Source: the human T2T-CHM13v2.0 reference genome, Homo sapiens
Reading direction: 5' to 3' (one strand)
DNA length: 64,000 nucleotides
NCBI RefSeq assembly: GCF_009914755.1
Contig: NC_060937.1
Shown here: positions 1 through 12,301 of the stretch, piece by piece
How positions within the stretch are numbered: the first letter of the stretch is position 1
How the letters are laid out: the number at the start of each line of letters is the position of its first letter
The notes under the pieces: model-generated
The model's database searches: none
Told to the model about the DNA's origin: nothing
The model's input: only the letters and a program-made list of their open reading frames with translations
Position numbers and translations under genes: made by a program

Positions 1-177
1 TCCCGATTTGAAAAGTGGGCACACAGTGTCCATAGACAGAAGTCTCTGGATTAACTGTAATTTTGGGGGAAATAGAGTAAAGGAAGGCAAATTAAAATAA
101 CAAACAAAAAAGAAAGAAAAATGAAAAGAAAAGAAGAAAAGTACTTTGAAGGCACTTTTTCCATAGGAAAAAAATAT

Positions 178-183
178 TTTATT
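178..183 (-). terminator. EFNB2: EFNB2 distal polyadenylation signal AATAAA
   Basis: Plus-strand TTTATT, followed on the mRNA strand by a U-rich downstream element. Confidence 0.8.
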
Positions 184-625
184 TTTTTAAGAACAAATTC
201 AGTTTGAAACAGATGTGGAATGTGACTTCACGGATTTCATTTTCTGGGGCTAACTGCAATGTGAAACTAAAGCAGATTTAAAACCTATGACAGGCTATTA
301 AAATAAAACAAAGAAAGAAAAAAATATTTATAACTCAGGCATAATACTGTGTTACTTACAAATTGGACAACGAAATTTTAAATAAATATTCATGGTACAT
401 AATTACGGCACAAATATGCAGCAATTTGGCAACCTTTTATACCATTTTTTCCTCATTACAGTGCAAAGGGGAATGACACTGCCGTTAAACAAGCTGTAGC
501 TAAATACATTGCAAAATTCAGATTTTATACAAAACATCTTGCTTAGACTTTATAAAAAACCAACATTGCTCTATGTACACAATCTGGGTAAGAAAAGCCA
601 TTTCTTTCTTGTTTTCATGTGTATT

Positions 626-631
626 TTTATT
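626..631 (-). terminator. EFNB2: Candidate proximal EFNB2 poly(A) signal AATAAA
   Basis: Plus-strand TTTATT, with U/GU-rich sequence downstream on the mRNA strand. Confidence 0.45.
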
Positions 632-1147
632 AAAAAGGTGAATAAGGCTACTGTAACACCCCAAATCCATAGACAGTAAAATCTGAACCTATTTACAGCA
701 TCTTCACTGAAACATGATGGTGCAAATTCCAAAGTCGGGTGACCAGGGACGATCATACAAGCAAGGCATTTACAGTAACTTTCCAAAGCTAAACCAACTT
801 CAAACAAAGGGACAGTTGGTAGATTGTCATATTCTGCACCAGACACAAAACAGACGCACAGAACACTTTTCAATTGGTTGCAGGGAACTCTTTTATCAAT
901 TCATCTGATTTTTCACAGTTTAGCATAGAACCAAAACGTAGCCAACTGATGATACATACATTTGATTTCATTAAAATCAGACTATTTCCCATTTTTCCCC
1001 TTCTCGCCCCTCTCCCCCATCCTAAAAGTAACTTCTGATGGCTTACAAGAAACTCTTGCATGAATGCACAGAAAGGAGAGGTTGGGGTGATGGAAAGAAT
1101 TACATATGTACTGTGGCTGGTTACCATGGCAACCCTCCACAGAAATA

Positions 1148-1240
1148 TGATATAGATATATATAATATATATTGTAGATATATATTATACATATATGTAC
1201 ACATGTATACCACGCACCCACTCACACATACACACACGCA
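1148..1240. repeat. (TA)n/(CA)n low-complexity tract in EFNB2 3' UTR
   Basis: Alternating TATA/CACA sequence seen directly. Confidence 0.85.
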
Positions 1241-3449
1241 CTTTGGACCAACATCATTTCCAGGTTCAGGAAATAGAGGATCATAATTTCTGTGACAACT
1301 CATTTTTGCAGGTACTCACTGGAGGTCTGAGAACCTTAAAATGCTGTCGCTACATTTTTTTCCCTTCCAATTCAGAAAGCAAAGTGTTACCATAGTAACA
1401 GGACTATGTTAAAGATGTCTATTTTGCATAGCACATAAAAAGTAGGTTTCCTGTTTACTCTTCTTGTTTCCCAGAAGGGAGGGGGTGCGGGGGAGGACAG
1501 GAGGAGGGAGCCACAGCTAAATCGTCACCTGAAGCCCCCAGTGTGACCTGCTGGATTCTAGAGAACACTTCAGCCCATAAGGCAAGGGAAAACCCAACGC
1601 AGAAATAAACGCCGGAACATCTTGTCATTGTTAAATATATGATGCAGTCACATCGGCTTCCTGCTCTGTGGGGCTCGTACTTCCTAGTCTACGGTTCCGT
1701 GAGATGCCTTCGGAGGACTTGGTTATTTTTGCATTTGCTCTCATTATTGTTCTTTTTGGAATGATGTTGTTTTTCCCAGAAGTAGCTGTCCAATTTGTTT
1801 TTTTAAGCGCTGAGCATTGGGACCACTTAATTGCCACAAATGAATTTCACATCTTCTGGTGTGTACTGTGTGCAACCTTAAAATATATATTAGTAAAAAT
1901 CTTTCATTTTATATCCCTTGTGTTCTATATACCTATTATAAATACGTCCTATCTTCCTTCTCCCCCTGGACATCATAATTTACTTCCGTCTTAAGGACTC
2001 TAAGAGGTCTGCCGTATGTGCTTCACCTTGACACAGAGCACCGGGCGCTGCAGCCTCCATCAGTACCGACCCTGCAGCCCTGGCACCCGGACAGCACCGC
2101 ATAAACCAAAGTGTCGTAAGGCTCAATCGGGAGGGGAAGGAGGAACCTGGGGGGAGGGGGATCTGACCTACCTTTTATAGATAAGGATTCTTTAATAACA
2201 ACGATGATGATGGAATTACAGCCTGTTTGACCTTTGGCTTTTCAACTTTTAGGTCAGATTTGGCTCTCTGCTATTCTCCTAAATGCTTTCCCTGTGTTTA
2301 ATAAAATGTGATAAGTATAGCAGCTGAGTCTGCTTAAAAAATCATCCAAAGCAGACCGACTCTCCTACAGCTCGGAGCTGTGTATCTTATTGCCAGTACC
2401 ACAACAGTCCTGCCCGAATATATCATCAGCGGCCTACTTTCTCCCTTCCCTCCAAGCCTGTTCCTTTCCCAACAATACCCGTCTTTGTTCCCCGGAATGA
2501 AGAGGGGCTTTTCTTCCTGCACATCGCTATTTGATAACAGCGAGTGCCTCCCCATGCACTGGAATCCACTGTGTGTGCTGTCGTGTCTCCTACTGGCCTC
2601 TTCGATCTCAGCAAAACCAAAGTGCTGTGCTACCTAATTGCTTTTTTCTTTTTTCCTTTCCAACTTTCTGTTTCAGAGGCAGCAGCAGTGAGCTGCAATT
2701 GCAGCCAGCCCTTTCCCCAGCCCCACTCCCTTCTATGAACTCCTAGCCTTCTTCGCAGACAGCCTAGCATCTGGCTAAAGGGCACCTTGTTAGCAAACAC
2801 AATTTCTATGAACGGATTACCCATGGACTGAAGCTGTTGTTGCCAGCGGCTGGAGGAGGGGACTCCAGACATGAGTGTTCCATGAGTGATGCAGATGTGG
2901 AGTGGAGGTCTCAGGTGAGGTGCTGCAGAGCCCTGGGTAACAGAACGAGTGAGACAGTAAGGACTAAACTCTAGAGATCTTTGCACACCTTAACTAGCCC
3001 GAGGTCCGTGTGACAAGTCCGGTATGCACTGCGGGGGAAATGCACCCCAGGCAGAAGCCGGCCCTTCCAGGCGTGGCATCCTGGGGCACCTGCCAGGATG
3101 CTCACAGCCCTCTCGTCCACAAACCACTGTCTTCCCTTGGCTTCTGCAGAGGCCTGAGTGACCGCAGCACATGGCTTCGAGGAGGAGACGTGGGACGCGG
3201 CACAGCAGTCCGAATGGGCGTCTTCTGCACAGTCTTCCAGCTTCCAGGGAGCGTGTGTGTTCACCAAGGCCGAATGCTACAAGACTAGGTAAGCTGTCCA
3301 GCGCGACGGGCTCTTCCGAGGAGGAGTGTCCCTCTCCCCCGGTGCTGTGCTTCAGTCAATTCTCCAGCACGCGGGCTCTCAAACCCTCAAGGGAGGCATC
3401 GGGACATTAGGTGTCCTCTGGGAAAGCACAGGTACCACCAGGGTCCCTC

Positions 3450-3838
3450 TCAGACCTTGTAGTAAATGTTCGCCGGGCTCTGCGGGGGCATCTCCTGGAC
3501 GATGTACACCGGGTGCCCGTAGTCCCCGCTGACCTTCTCGTAGTGAGGGCAGAAGACGCTGTCCGCAGTCCTTAGCGGGATGATAATGTCACTGGGCTCT
3601 GAGCCGTTGTTGTTGCCGCTGCGCTTGGGTGTGGCCAGTGTGCTGAGCGACAGCGTGGTCGTGTGCTGCGGCGAGTGCTTCCTGTGTCTCCTCCGGTACT
3701 TCAGCAAGAGGACCACCAGCGTGATGATGATGACGATGAAGATGATGCATCCTGAAGCAATCCCTGCAAATAAGGCCACTTCGGAACCGAGGATGTTGTT
3801 CCCCGAATGTCCGGCGCTGTTGCCGTCTGTGCTAGAAC
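3450..3838 (-). CDS. EFNB2: Ephrin-B2 coding exon 5 (transmembrane helix, cytoplasmic tail, PDZ-binding YYKV)
   Basis: Translates (G)[50 protein letters not shown]...[11 protein letters not shown]. Acceptor CTGCAG|G; 389 nt. Total CDS 122+284+93+114+389 = 1002 nt. Confidence 0.98.
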
Positions 3839-5290
3839 CTGCAGACGCGGAGACAGAAAAGGTCAGAGATAGTTACTGCTGTCCCAGTGCAGACGGACTG
3901 CTTTTATGACCCTTAAAAATGTGAAAAATAAGCCAGGCTTATTACTAACTAGAAGCTGGACTTTGCCTCGCCAATACCTCGTCTAAGAGCTCAACGCAAA
4001 AGGAAATGAGAGGTATCTCTAGGAGGGACTTCCCTACCCTCCCAAGCCACAGGGTTTCCTTTGTATCATTATCCAGCAAGAGCACAGACTGTCGGTGACA
4101 GCCAGCCCTTGATCTTGCTTCATCTTCTAACCCGTGTCAGCCAGCCTGGGGCAGCGGCAGGGAAGAAAAAGGGAAGTGGCCAATTCTCCAGGTCAGCGGT
4201 GAGCGTTTATGTGGTATTGCTCTTCCGCCTCCTTTGAGAAAGGGAGTTTCATGCAAACCTTCAAAGGGCCTGCCTTCTAAAGAAGAGCCCTGCCTCCTGG
4301 CAGAACAGAACAGCTCGGGAACGCGGAAGGAGTGAGGGGGCCTGGGAAAATGTTCAGCTCGTAACTCGTCTGTATTATTTGATTTACACTTAAAATATAT
4401 TTGGAAGGCAGCAGAAACTCTCACACCGAACAGACTGCCAGCCCAAATGTTAAGCACTAAAAAACTGCCTGGCATCATTATATTATCCATTTATCAGTTT
4501 GTCACAAGAATTTGACACATCTTGTCATTGAAAGTTAGAAATAACAACTTCCCTCCTTGACTCTTGGAAAGGGATGGAATATTGCTGCAGACGATAAATT
4601 TGCACAACGACCAAGCAAGCACACAACAATCCTAATACAAAACTGCTGATGTCTGCTCAACAGCTACTCTATAAAACCTTCATTAGCATGGTAACAAATA
4701 CAGAACTATTTGTTCCAAGACTGTTAAGAAAACGAAGGTCAACGACGGACAATTTTATCTGGTATTCTACACTTTTGTCAGGGACCTGTTTAATATTTTC
4801 TTTTACATGGAAAATGTGAAACAAAATAACGATAACCACCTGAAAAAATACTATTATGCAATATTTAAAAATGTTACCATTTAAAATTTAGAAGAGGATC
4901 AATTAAACCCTCTGTGGCTTAGATATAATTAGATGAGGGATTAGCACATTAATTACATATACATTAACATCAGCTTTAAGCTGGAGTTGACAACCAGCTT
5001 GATAAAATGTCAGCCAATGAAACCTTTGGCCTGACAGAGTAGTTCTAATAACTGGCACTTACAGCTCATGAACTCTACTCCTTTGAATATATGACTTTCA
5101 TTGGAATGAGTTATTTTGTTCTTATTGAGTGTAATTAATAATGACTCACTGACAGCAAAGATTCCTGATCACTGTAACTTCCAGCTAATCCTAACTGGTT
5201 AGAAGTCTTTAGACTCTGCCCTACCTTTTAAGATACTACTAAGAATGTGGTACCCACAGACCTCCATACACACAGATCATGCTGTTATAC

Positions 5291-5404
5291 CTGGATTTGG
5301 TTTTACAAAGGGACTTGTTGTCGAACTTCTTCCATTTGTACCAGCTTCTAGTTCTGGACGTCTTGTTGGATCTTTATTCCTGGTTGATCCAGCAGAACTT
5401 GCAT
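5291..5404 (-). CDS. EFNB2: Ephrin-B2 coding exon 4 (juxtamembrane linker)
   Basis: Read manually: (D)ASSAGSTRNKDPTRRPELEAGTNGRSSTTSPFVKPNP. Acceptor ATATAG|A, donor CAG|GTATAA; 114 nt. Confidence 0.97.
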
Positions 5405-5881
5405 CTATATGAAAAACAAATGATTAATTACGGCACAGACATCTGACAATATCTAGCTTTAGGAGCTGCATATATATTTCAACAGGCATGAATAGCAATG
5501 AACATAAGAGTCTTTATGCAAAGTACTGTGAAATACAAGAATATAATTTTTCTTTTAAAACAAAATGGTTATACTAGTTATTTCAGAGGTTTAGAACGTG
5601 AGGCCATCTGTGGAAACTATAGGGATTCTTGCATTTGGCAGGCAAAGCATTGCAGATGACATTTCAATTTAACTGAGCAAGTTGATTGACTACTATACCA
5701 ATTTTTAATTAGAAGAATAATTATTTCTTTCTGCACAATAGGTTATCTATATTGGAAAAGTCACAATGAACAAAACTCTTCTGTAGTCAAGATTCAGAAA
5801 TGAGCAAAACTGCACAAGCTTTTAGTTTTCATTCTGGATATTTTGATTTTGAACCAAAGTGTTTTGCTTTTTAAAAAGAAA

Positions 5882-5894
5882 TATCTATCTATCT

Positions 5895-5935
<41 letters not shown>
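5882..5935. repeat. (TATC)n tetranucleotide STR, interrupted, intron 3
   Basis: About 13 TATC units with one interruption. Confidence 0.95.
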
Positions 5936-6157
5936 GGCAATAGACATTCTACCTTGCTGATCTTAACTCTTAGATCTCCAATAAAAGCTTAGTACATTGA
6001 CTTGAGGAAATCTGTCAGTGGCTCAAAGTGCAGAAGGGTTTGCTTTGAAAACTAAAAAGAAGAGCGAATGAAGGTGGGCATCGGCAACATTAGCACCATA
6101 CTAGCTGGGGGCTACACCAGGTCACAGTGGCGTCATGAAGCAGCAGATGGTCTTTAC

Positions 6158-6250
6158 CTTGTCCAACTTTCATGAGGATCTTCATGGCTCTTGTCTGGCA
6201 CACCCCTCCCTCCTGGTTATCCAGGCCCTCCAAAGACCCATTTGATGTAG
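6158..6250 (-). CDS. EFNB2: Ephrin-B2 coding exon 3
   Basis: Read manually: (S)[30 protein letters not shown]. Acceptor TTTTAATCAG|C, donor AAG|GTAAAG; 93 nt, in phase. Confidence 0.97.
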
Positions 6251-7955
6251 CTGATTAAAAATAAAATGGACAAAACAAAAAAATAAAGAAAAATCAGGAA
6301 ATCAATAAGCCAAGTTTACATGAACATGAAATGTCTGAAAACAATTTGAAAAATAAGAATTCACTCTTAGTCACAAGTTTTCTGAAAGTATGGGGATGCT
6401 GAAAGCCAAAAAGAAAAAGAAAAAGAAATAAAGAGAAATGGATATCGGAAACACTGCCGCACGTATGCTATCTGACTCCAAATTTATTTAGGCACTTTCT
6501 CCTTCCTTCACAAATGACTGATTTAATGTTAGTCTATAAATAAAAGGGATGGCATCCTTCAAAAAGTCTATGGACTCTTTTGGGGCCAAACTCAGAAGAG
6601 CAAAATAGTTAATGCAGCCATTTCCAAACGTGGTAATCATCCCCCCACACCTGCTTCCTCCACTGCAGATTTCCTGCTTCAAGAACAATTAGCTTGACGC
6701 TCTGTTTGTCAAGCATCCAAGTTCTGTAAACACTAGACCAGGAGCCTCCCACAACCCTTGTCTTCTTTTTTCAGCCTTATGCATGCTTAAGAAGTATACC
6801 AGAAATCAGGTCTTCAAAATCTCCCCTTTTTCCTCCATCGTTTTGTAAATCAGAAGAACATACGTGTTATTACTGCCAATGTCAACCTTAGTCAACCTCT
6901 TCAACCAAACTACCTGTTGCGGGAAAACTCTGGCTGAATAGAGGGTTCACACACATGCCCACCACTCATTCTGGGTCCTGTGGCAGCCCTGGAGAGAAAG
7001 TGGGGACTTTTACCAGCCACTTGCTGGTGTTCACCAACTGAATTCCCTCTCCACCTCAGCAGTGAGGAGTGGAAGGAAGGACAGAATCATTTTACCATTT
7101 TCAGCATTTTTTTTTTCAACAGCCTATGCTCTATTTAAACACATCCTTGTTCTGTCTCTTTAGACCAGCGAGGTCTCTGAATAGCTTTGTAACTCAAGCT
7201 GTAAAGAGATAGGCTGCCAGGTACTTTAATGAGAAACAGGCTTTGAATTACAGTTCAAGTTCCAGGAGAGAAAAGAAGGTGGAGAGTGCTAGACATTTTC
7301 ATTCCCCTAAAGTTCAAGGGGCAAGGAACAAAAGTGTTTCATATACATTTCTGCAATTTAAATCCATTTTCTACCTGATTATCAAAGTCTTGGCTTGTAA
7401 CACTGTACTTTGCAAGGGACTGAAAAAAGGATTGATTTTCTGGTAAAAATAAATCCCAAAGACATTCTTCTAATGGGATTGTTTGTTTTCCAAACAGTAG
7501 GTCAGCAAACAAGTTCTATATGCATTTATGGTAGAAATATGCATTCCACTGAAATTATATTAACTACAAAAATAAGGCACTTATTTACTTGTCTTTGTGG
7601 TCTTGAATTAACTTTACTTTCACTGTTTTCCTCAAAACAAAGACTGCCTCTTCTGTGCATACATATCACTGTGCTTCTCTGAGTGCTTGCTTAAACTTTA
7701 CAGTCTCACAATTGCATCTCATTCTTCTGTAACTGTGGATAAATTTTTCCCGGGAAACTGGGCAATAATTGCCATAATAATACTTGTCTTGGAAGGGTAG
7801 TAAGAAGCAGACAGTATCTGTTTGTAGATACAAACATTGTAGACCATTAAGAAACTATTCAGCAGACAGCTTAAAAAAAAAAAAAACCTAAAAATTTTGT
7901 ACACTTCTGTGAATCTAAAAAAAATCTTTTTAATTATTTAATGGGGCTATTAAAA

Positions 7956-8135
7956 TTTTTTTTTATTATACTTTAAGTTCTAGGGTACATGTGCACAACG
8001 TGCAGGTTTGTTACATATGTATACGTGTGCCATGTTGGTGGGCTGCGCCTGTTAACTCGTCATTTACATTAGGTATATCTCCTAATGCTATCCCTCCCCC
8101 AGTCCCCCACCTCACGACAGGCCCCGGTGTGTGAT
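7956..8135 (-). mobile_element. 5'-truncated L1PA 3' end (~180 bp)
   Basis: TTTTTATTATACTTTAAGTTCTAGGGTACATGTGCACAACGTGCAGGTTTGTTACAT... is the reverse complement of the primate L1 3' terminus. Confidence 0.93.
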
Positions 8136-11100
8136 TTTTTTCAGTTCTTCATTCTGCTCTTTCCCTTTTCCCTCCTCCAAATATGTGACTAAATTTTAAA
8201 GTATCCTTTCCTCCCAGAGGCTTCAAACTATGAGTTTCTATGAGCAGATCCTATTTCTGGACCATTTCAGAGCAGAGCTATAATCTTCAATTAATTGTTG
8301 AGAATTTTCCTATTTGATTTTTCTAAAAAATTAGGATATGTCTGCATATAGAAAGAAGTGAAAGGCTGATGTCTCTATCTGGCTGATAGTTTAAAATGTT
8401 TGGTTTACTTCATTCAGGTGGAATCCCAATGTTTTTAAATTCACAAGCACATAAATGAACCTACACGCAAAAGTGCACTCAAACTCAAAGTTAACTTACT
8501 TTGAGTTACTTACTCAAAGTAAGTAACTGACTTTTTGTTGCTAAAAGTTTCAACACTAAGCTGAAAAATGACAAAATGAGATCTGAAGGGCAGTGCACAG
8601 AAAGAAAGGGGAGGAATACAGATGTATTTATTTTAATCTTGAGGGGGAAAAGACAGTCAAAGATTCAGATCCAAAAGAAAAACAATTAAATGAGTATCAG
8701 CAAGAGAAAAACAGGCACAGTAGAGCAGTTACTTGTAAATAGAATTGAGAACTGCGTCTGCAGAGGGAGAAACTGCTGATGACTTCTGCTTTGTCAAACT
8801 GGAAGCACAAGAGGTGCACATTATTTGATTTTTTTTTCTTTTAATTTGTAGGTCAGTGCCTTTTCTGAATATCAATGCTTTTGTGCGGAGCTCCCTAGGT
8901 TTACCAAAACGGGGTCTTGACAACCACAAATGTAAAATCTCTAGAGTATTAAAATTCAATTGGAATCTATAATTTAACATCCACAGACTATAAGACAGTA
9001 GGAGGAAGGCTGTGTTGCATAAGAATGAAACTGCTTTGCACCTTTAAGAGTGAAAACTTTTTTATTTCTTGGTTTAAAAAAAAAGTGTGTGGGGAAGAGG
9101 GAAACATTCAAGTCTTAGAGTTGAAGAAGGAAAAATCTACAGATGCTGCCTTTGTAGGTTCCTCTGAAGCCACAGGCTATTGCTTGTTTGGGGGAGTGTG
9201 CTTGCCACGTGGGGAGCAAAAGTGGGCTGAACAGTCTGAATGCAGACAGTTTTTCTGCTATATTCAGCATTTTGCTTCTTTTCCTTTTAAGTCAACCTGT
9301 GACTTGCAAAGGGTACTGGAAGATACTGAAAAATTCACTACTAATATCAAAATAACATCCCAAATACTTGGTTGCTTATAAAGGGGCATTTAAAATACAG
9401 TTACACGTTCCACCAGGAAAGATTTTTGCCATGAGTTAGAAATGATCTAAGGTGCCATGAACTGTTTTAACCCAGTTAGTACACTGGTACTAACTGAAAC
9501 TCCAGGAGGTAAACTTTACAAGTATAACGTAATTCAAAATGACTTCAGTCTATTTTATACTTGATGTAAGTATAGCTTCCCATAGTGAAAATCACCTTTC
9601 TTCTCCCCTGCTACATCCTCATCACAGAGTGTAATTCTTATGCTGAGGTTCCAAACCCCCCTCCTTGAACAGTGACACAGCTAAAAAAAAAAAAGTCTCC
9701 TATCCCAATTATACCTCCTTCCTGGCAGCGAACTCTGAAATAAAACCACAAGATTAATATTCTGATTTCTCCTGCAATAGTCACCAAGAAGCTCTGAAAG
9801 GCTTAGTGGCTGATTTTGAAAAATAACAAGAAATTGCTAATGCTTGGGAAAAAAAATCTATTTCCATTTCAGGAGACAATTCTGCAATTATTTTCATTGT
9901 TCATTTGAATGTACTGGGAATTTTTAACTTAGAGAAAGAGTGAAAATAAATTGTTAGTTCATTATACTTAGTTTTTCTTTGTATCTTTCTATCAGCGTGA
10001 TCTAATGCAGCCACAATCATAGTATTGCTACATAAATGAAATCACATTTAATCATTCAGAGATAGAAAAAATAACATTGTTATAACTAAGCTTTTAGGGC
10101 CCAGATATTTTTTTTCCCTTGGCTCAGGAAAAAAATAGACTTTACAAATTTAAAAATTACCAGAAAATTTCTCTATCCAGTTGGAAAATAGGCTTAATAA
10201 AGATACATGGGCATTTTACAGCCTGTTTTTAAAAGCTTTTGCTTCAGGGGTCTAACTGCATGTAGTAAGTATATAGAAGTCACTACATTGTTCCCCCCAG
10301 GGCCTAATTTCCAGTGGGTAGAGATTACTGCTCAGCAAAAAAGTTCCTTGCGTTCACATCGTCTAAAAGTTCTGCAGCACATCTGAAACCACACAGCTGC
10401 CATCTGCGGTTTGCCATCTATTTGCACCTATACTTATCTGCAGTTCTTAGTCACTGGGAAGAGTATACTGGTTATCTGAGTAGGAAAAAAAAGAGAACCA
10501 GTGAGTAACTGTAAAGCAGACTGGAAGGGCAAGAATATTTCTGGCTGTGCTTTTTAGCCCATCCCCAGGAAGAGGAAGTAGTACTCCATTTTCACATGTC
10601 TTCATCTGATGTTCACCGCTCTGCTCCCAGGAGGCTAAGCTCCAGCCCCACATCTTGGCTGTGTTTAGTCCACCACATTGCTAACAGTGTGCTAATCAGA
10701 TGGACAATCAAACTTCTGGATTTGCACCGATATATGGGTCTCACTGGCACAGAGATGTGAAACGGGGAAGCACAAAAAAATCCTACAGAATAATGGTATC
10801 ACAGTTCTTATGGAAAGAATGAAGCACCAGGAAATATAAATACTATTGAGGGTATTTCAAATTATTTAAAAATGTAGCGTATTTGTATGGGGCCAGGATG
10901 GAGGAGAGGGCAGATGGACACTTGGAAGCAAGTATTTGTATCAACTCCGTTGAAGAAGTCCAACAGAGAGACATGATAAGCATCCAGGGTCATGAAAACC
11001 ACAGAGTCGTCAGAATAAAAACGTTGCCCTTAGATACAGCTGCACTGGACACAACTTACTCTCATGTAACCACAAAACAAGTAGCATTTTATGAACATTC

Positions 11101-11961
11101 TCTGTCAATATCTATGGGAACTATTCTTTTCCAGCATGTCCTCACATGCTAGCCTTGCTAATTTGGACTTCTTAGGCGAGTCTTCCTACACATCAGTTTC
11201 CTTAAGCTTGATACAGACTTCTGAAGATCGGAAGACTGTTATCTTGGCAAACTGAAGAATTAAAAAAAGCATAATCCAGTAACAACATGGAAAGCAAAGC
11301 CGTGACTTTAAAATAAACACAAACACAACAACATACCAAACTGTATTACTGTTTTCTTCTACCACAGGGCTATCAAATCTGAGTGTCAAAAAAACAAAAA
11401 GAATAAGGTAAGTTGAAAAATAAGAAGGCTGATAAAAAAATAATTAGTGTGAATATACAACCTAGGAAGCTAAGATTTATCTATTTAACACCCTGACATC
11501 AATTCAAACTATGTACTCTAGAAACAAGAATTCAATTTCTGAAACTCAAATTAATGTAGTTGAATGCCTTGAGTTTCACAGTTATCTTTTAAGATGCTAA
11601 CTTAGAAGAGAAGTTCTAAACATGGAAATGATAGTGTTCACTGAATGCCAAAAATAAATGACTGTTTCTTTAAAGTTAATTAATAAAATCTTCTGAAACA
11701 GAAACATCTATTTAATTTGCCAAAAGGAAAAAAAGAATTTCATTCATTTTTTTCTAACTTCTTCCTTTTATGTGTTTTTCACTGTGGCTTTAAAATGAGA
11801 AAAATGAGAAATATAATCATGACTTTCCGAGGGCCTCATTATTCTTGTTTAGTTTAATATATTTAAAAAATTCAGCATTACTTCAAATCACATAGCACTT
11901 CATCCTATAATACCAAATTTGCCTTATCTTAGAGCAAGTTTTATGGTATACTTTCCCCTAA

Positions 11962-12301
<340 letters not shown>

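Larger units (their letters stand above)
155..3449 (-). other. EFNB2: EFNB2 3' UTR (~3.3 kb; 3' end approximate)
   Basis: Follows the stop codon; no Alu/L1 recognised in it; bounded by AATAAA at 183-178 with a U-rich downstream tract (plus-strand A-rich 80-140). Confidence 0.85.

Noticed and set aside
2060-2098. REST/NRSE-like half sites (GGACAGCACC; also TTCAGCACGCAGGACAT near 42580)
   Set aside because: Spacing is non-canonical in the first, and key positions mismatch in the second.
571-3410. Multiple 60-118 aa ORFs in the EFNB2 3' UTR
   Set aside because: Lie in UTR on both strands with no homology I can recognise; lengths consistent with chance.
1617-4530. Exact 14-mer ACATCTTGTCATTG at 1617-1630 and 4517-4530
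   Set aside because: Several exact 14-mer pairs are expected by chance in 64 kb; the flanks do not align.
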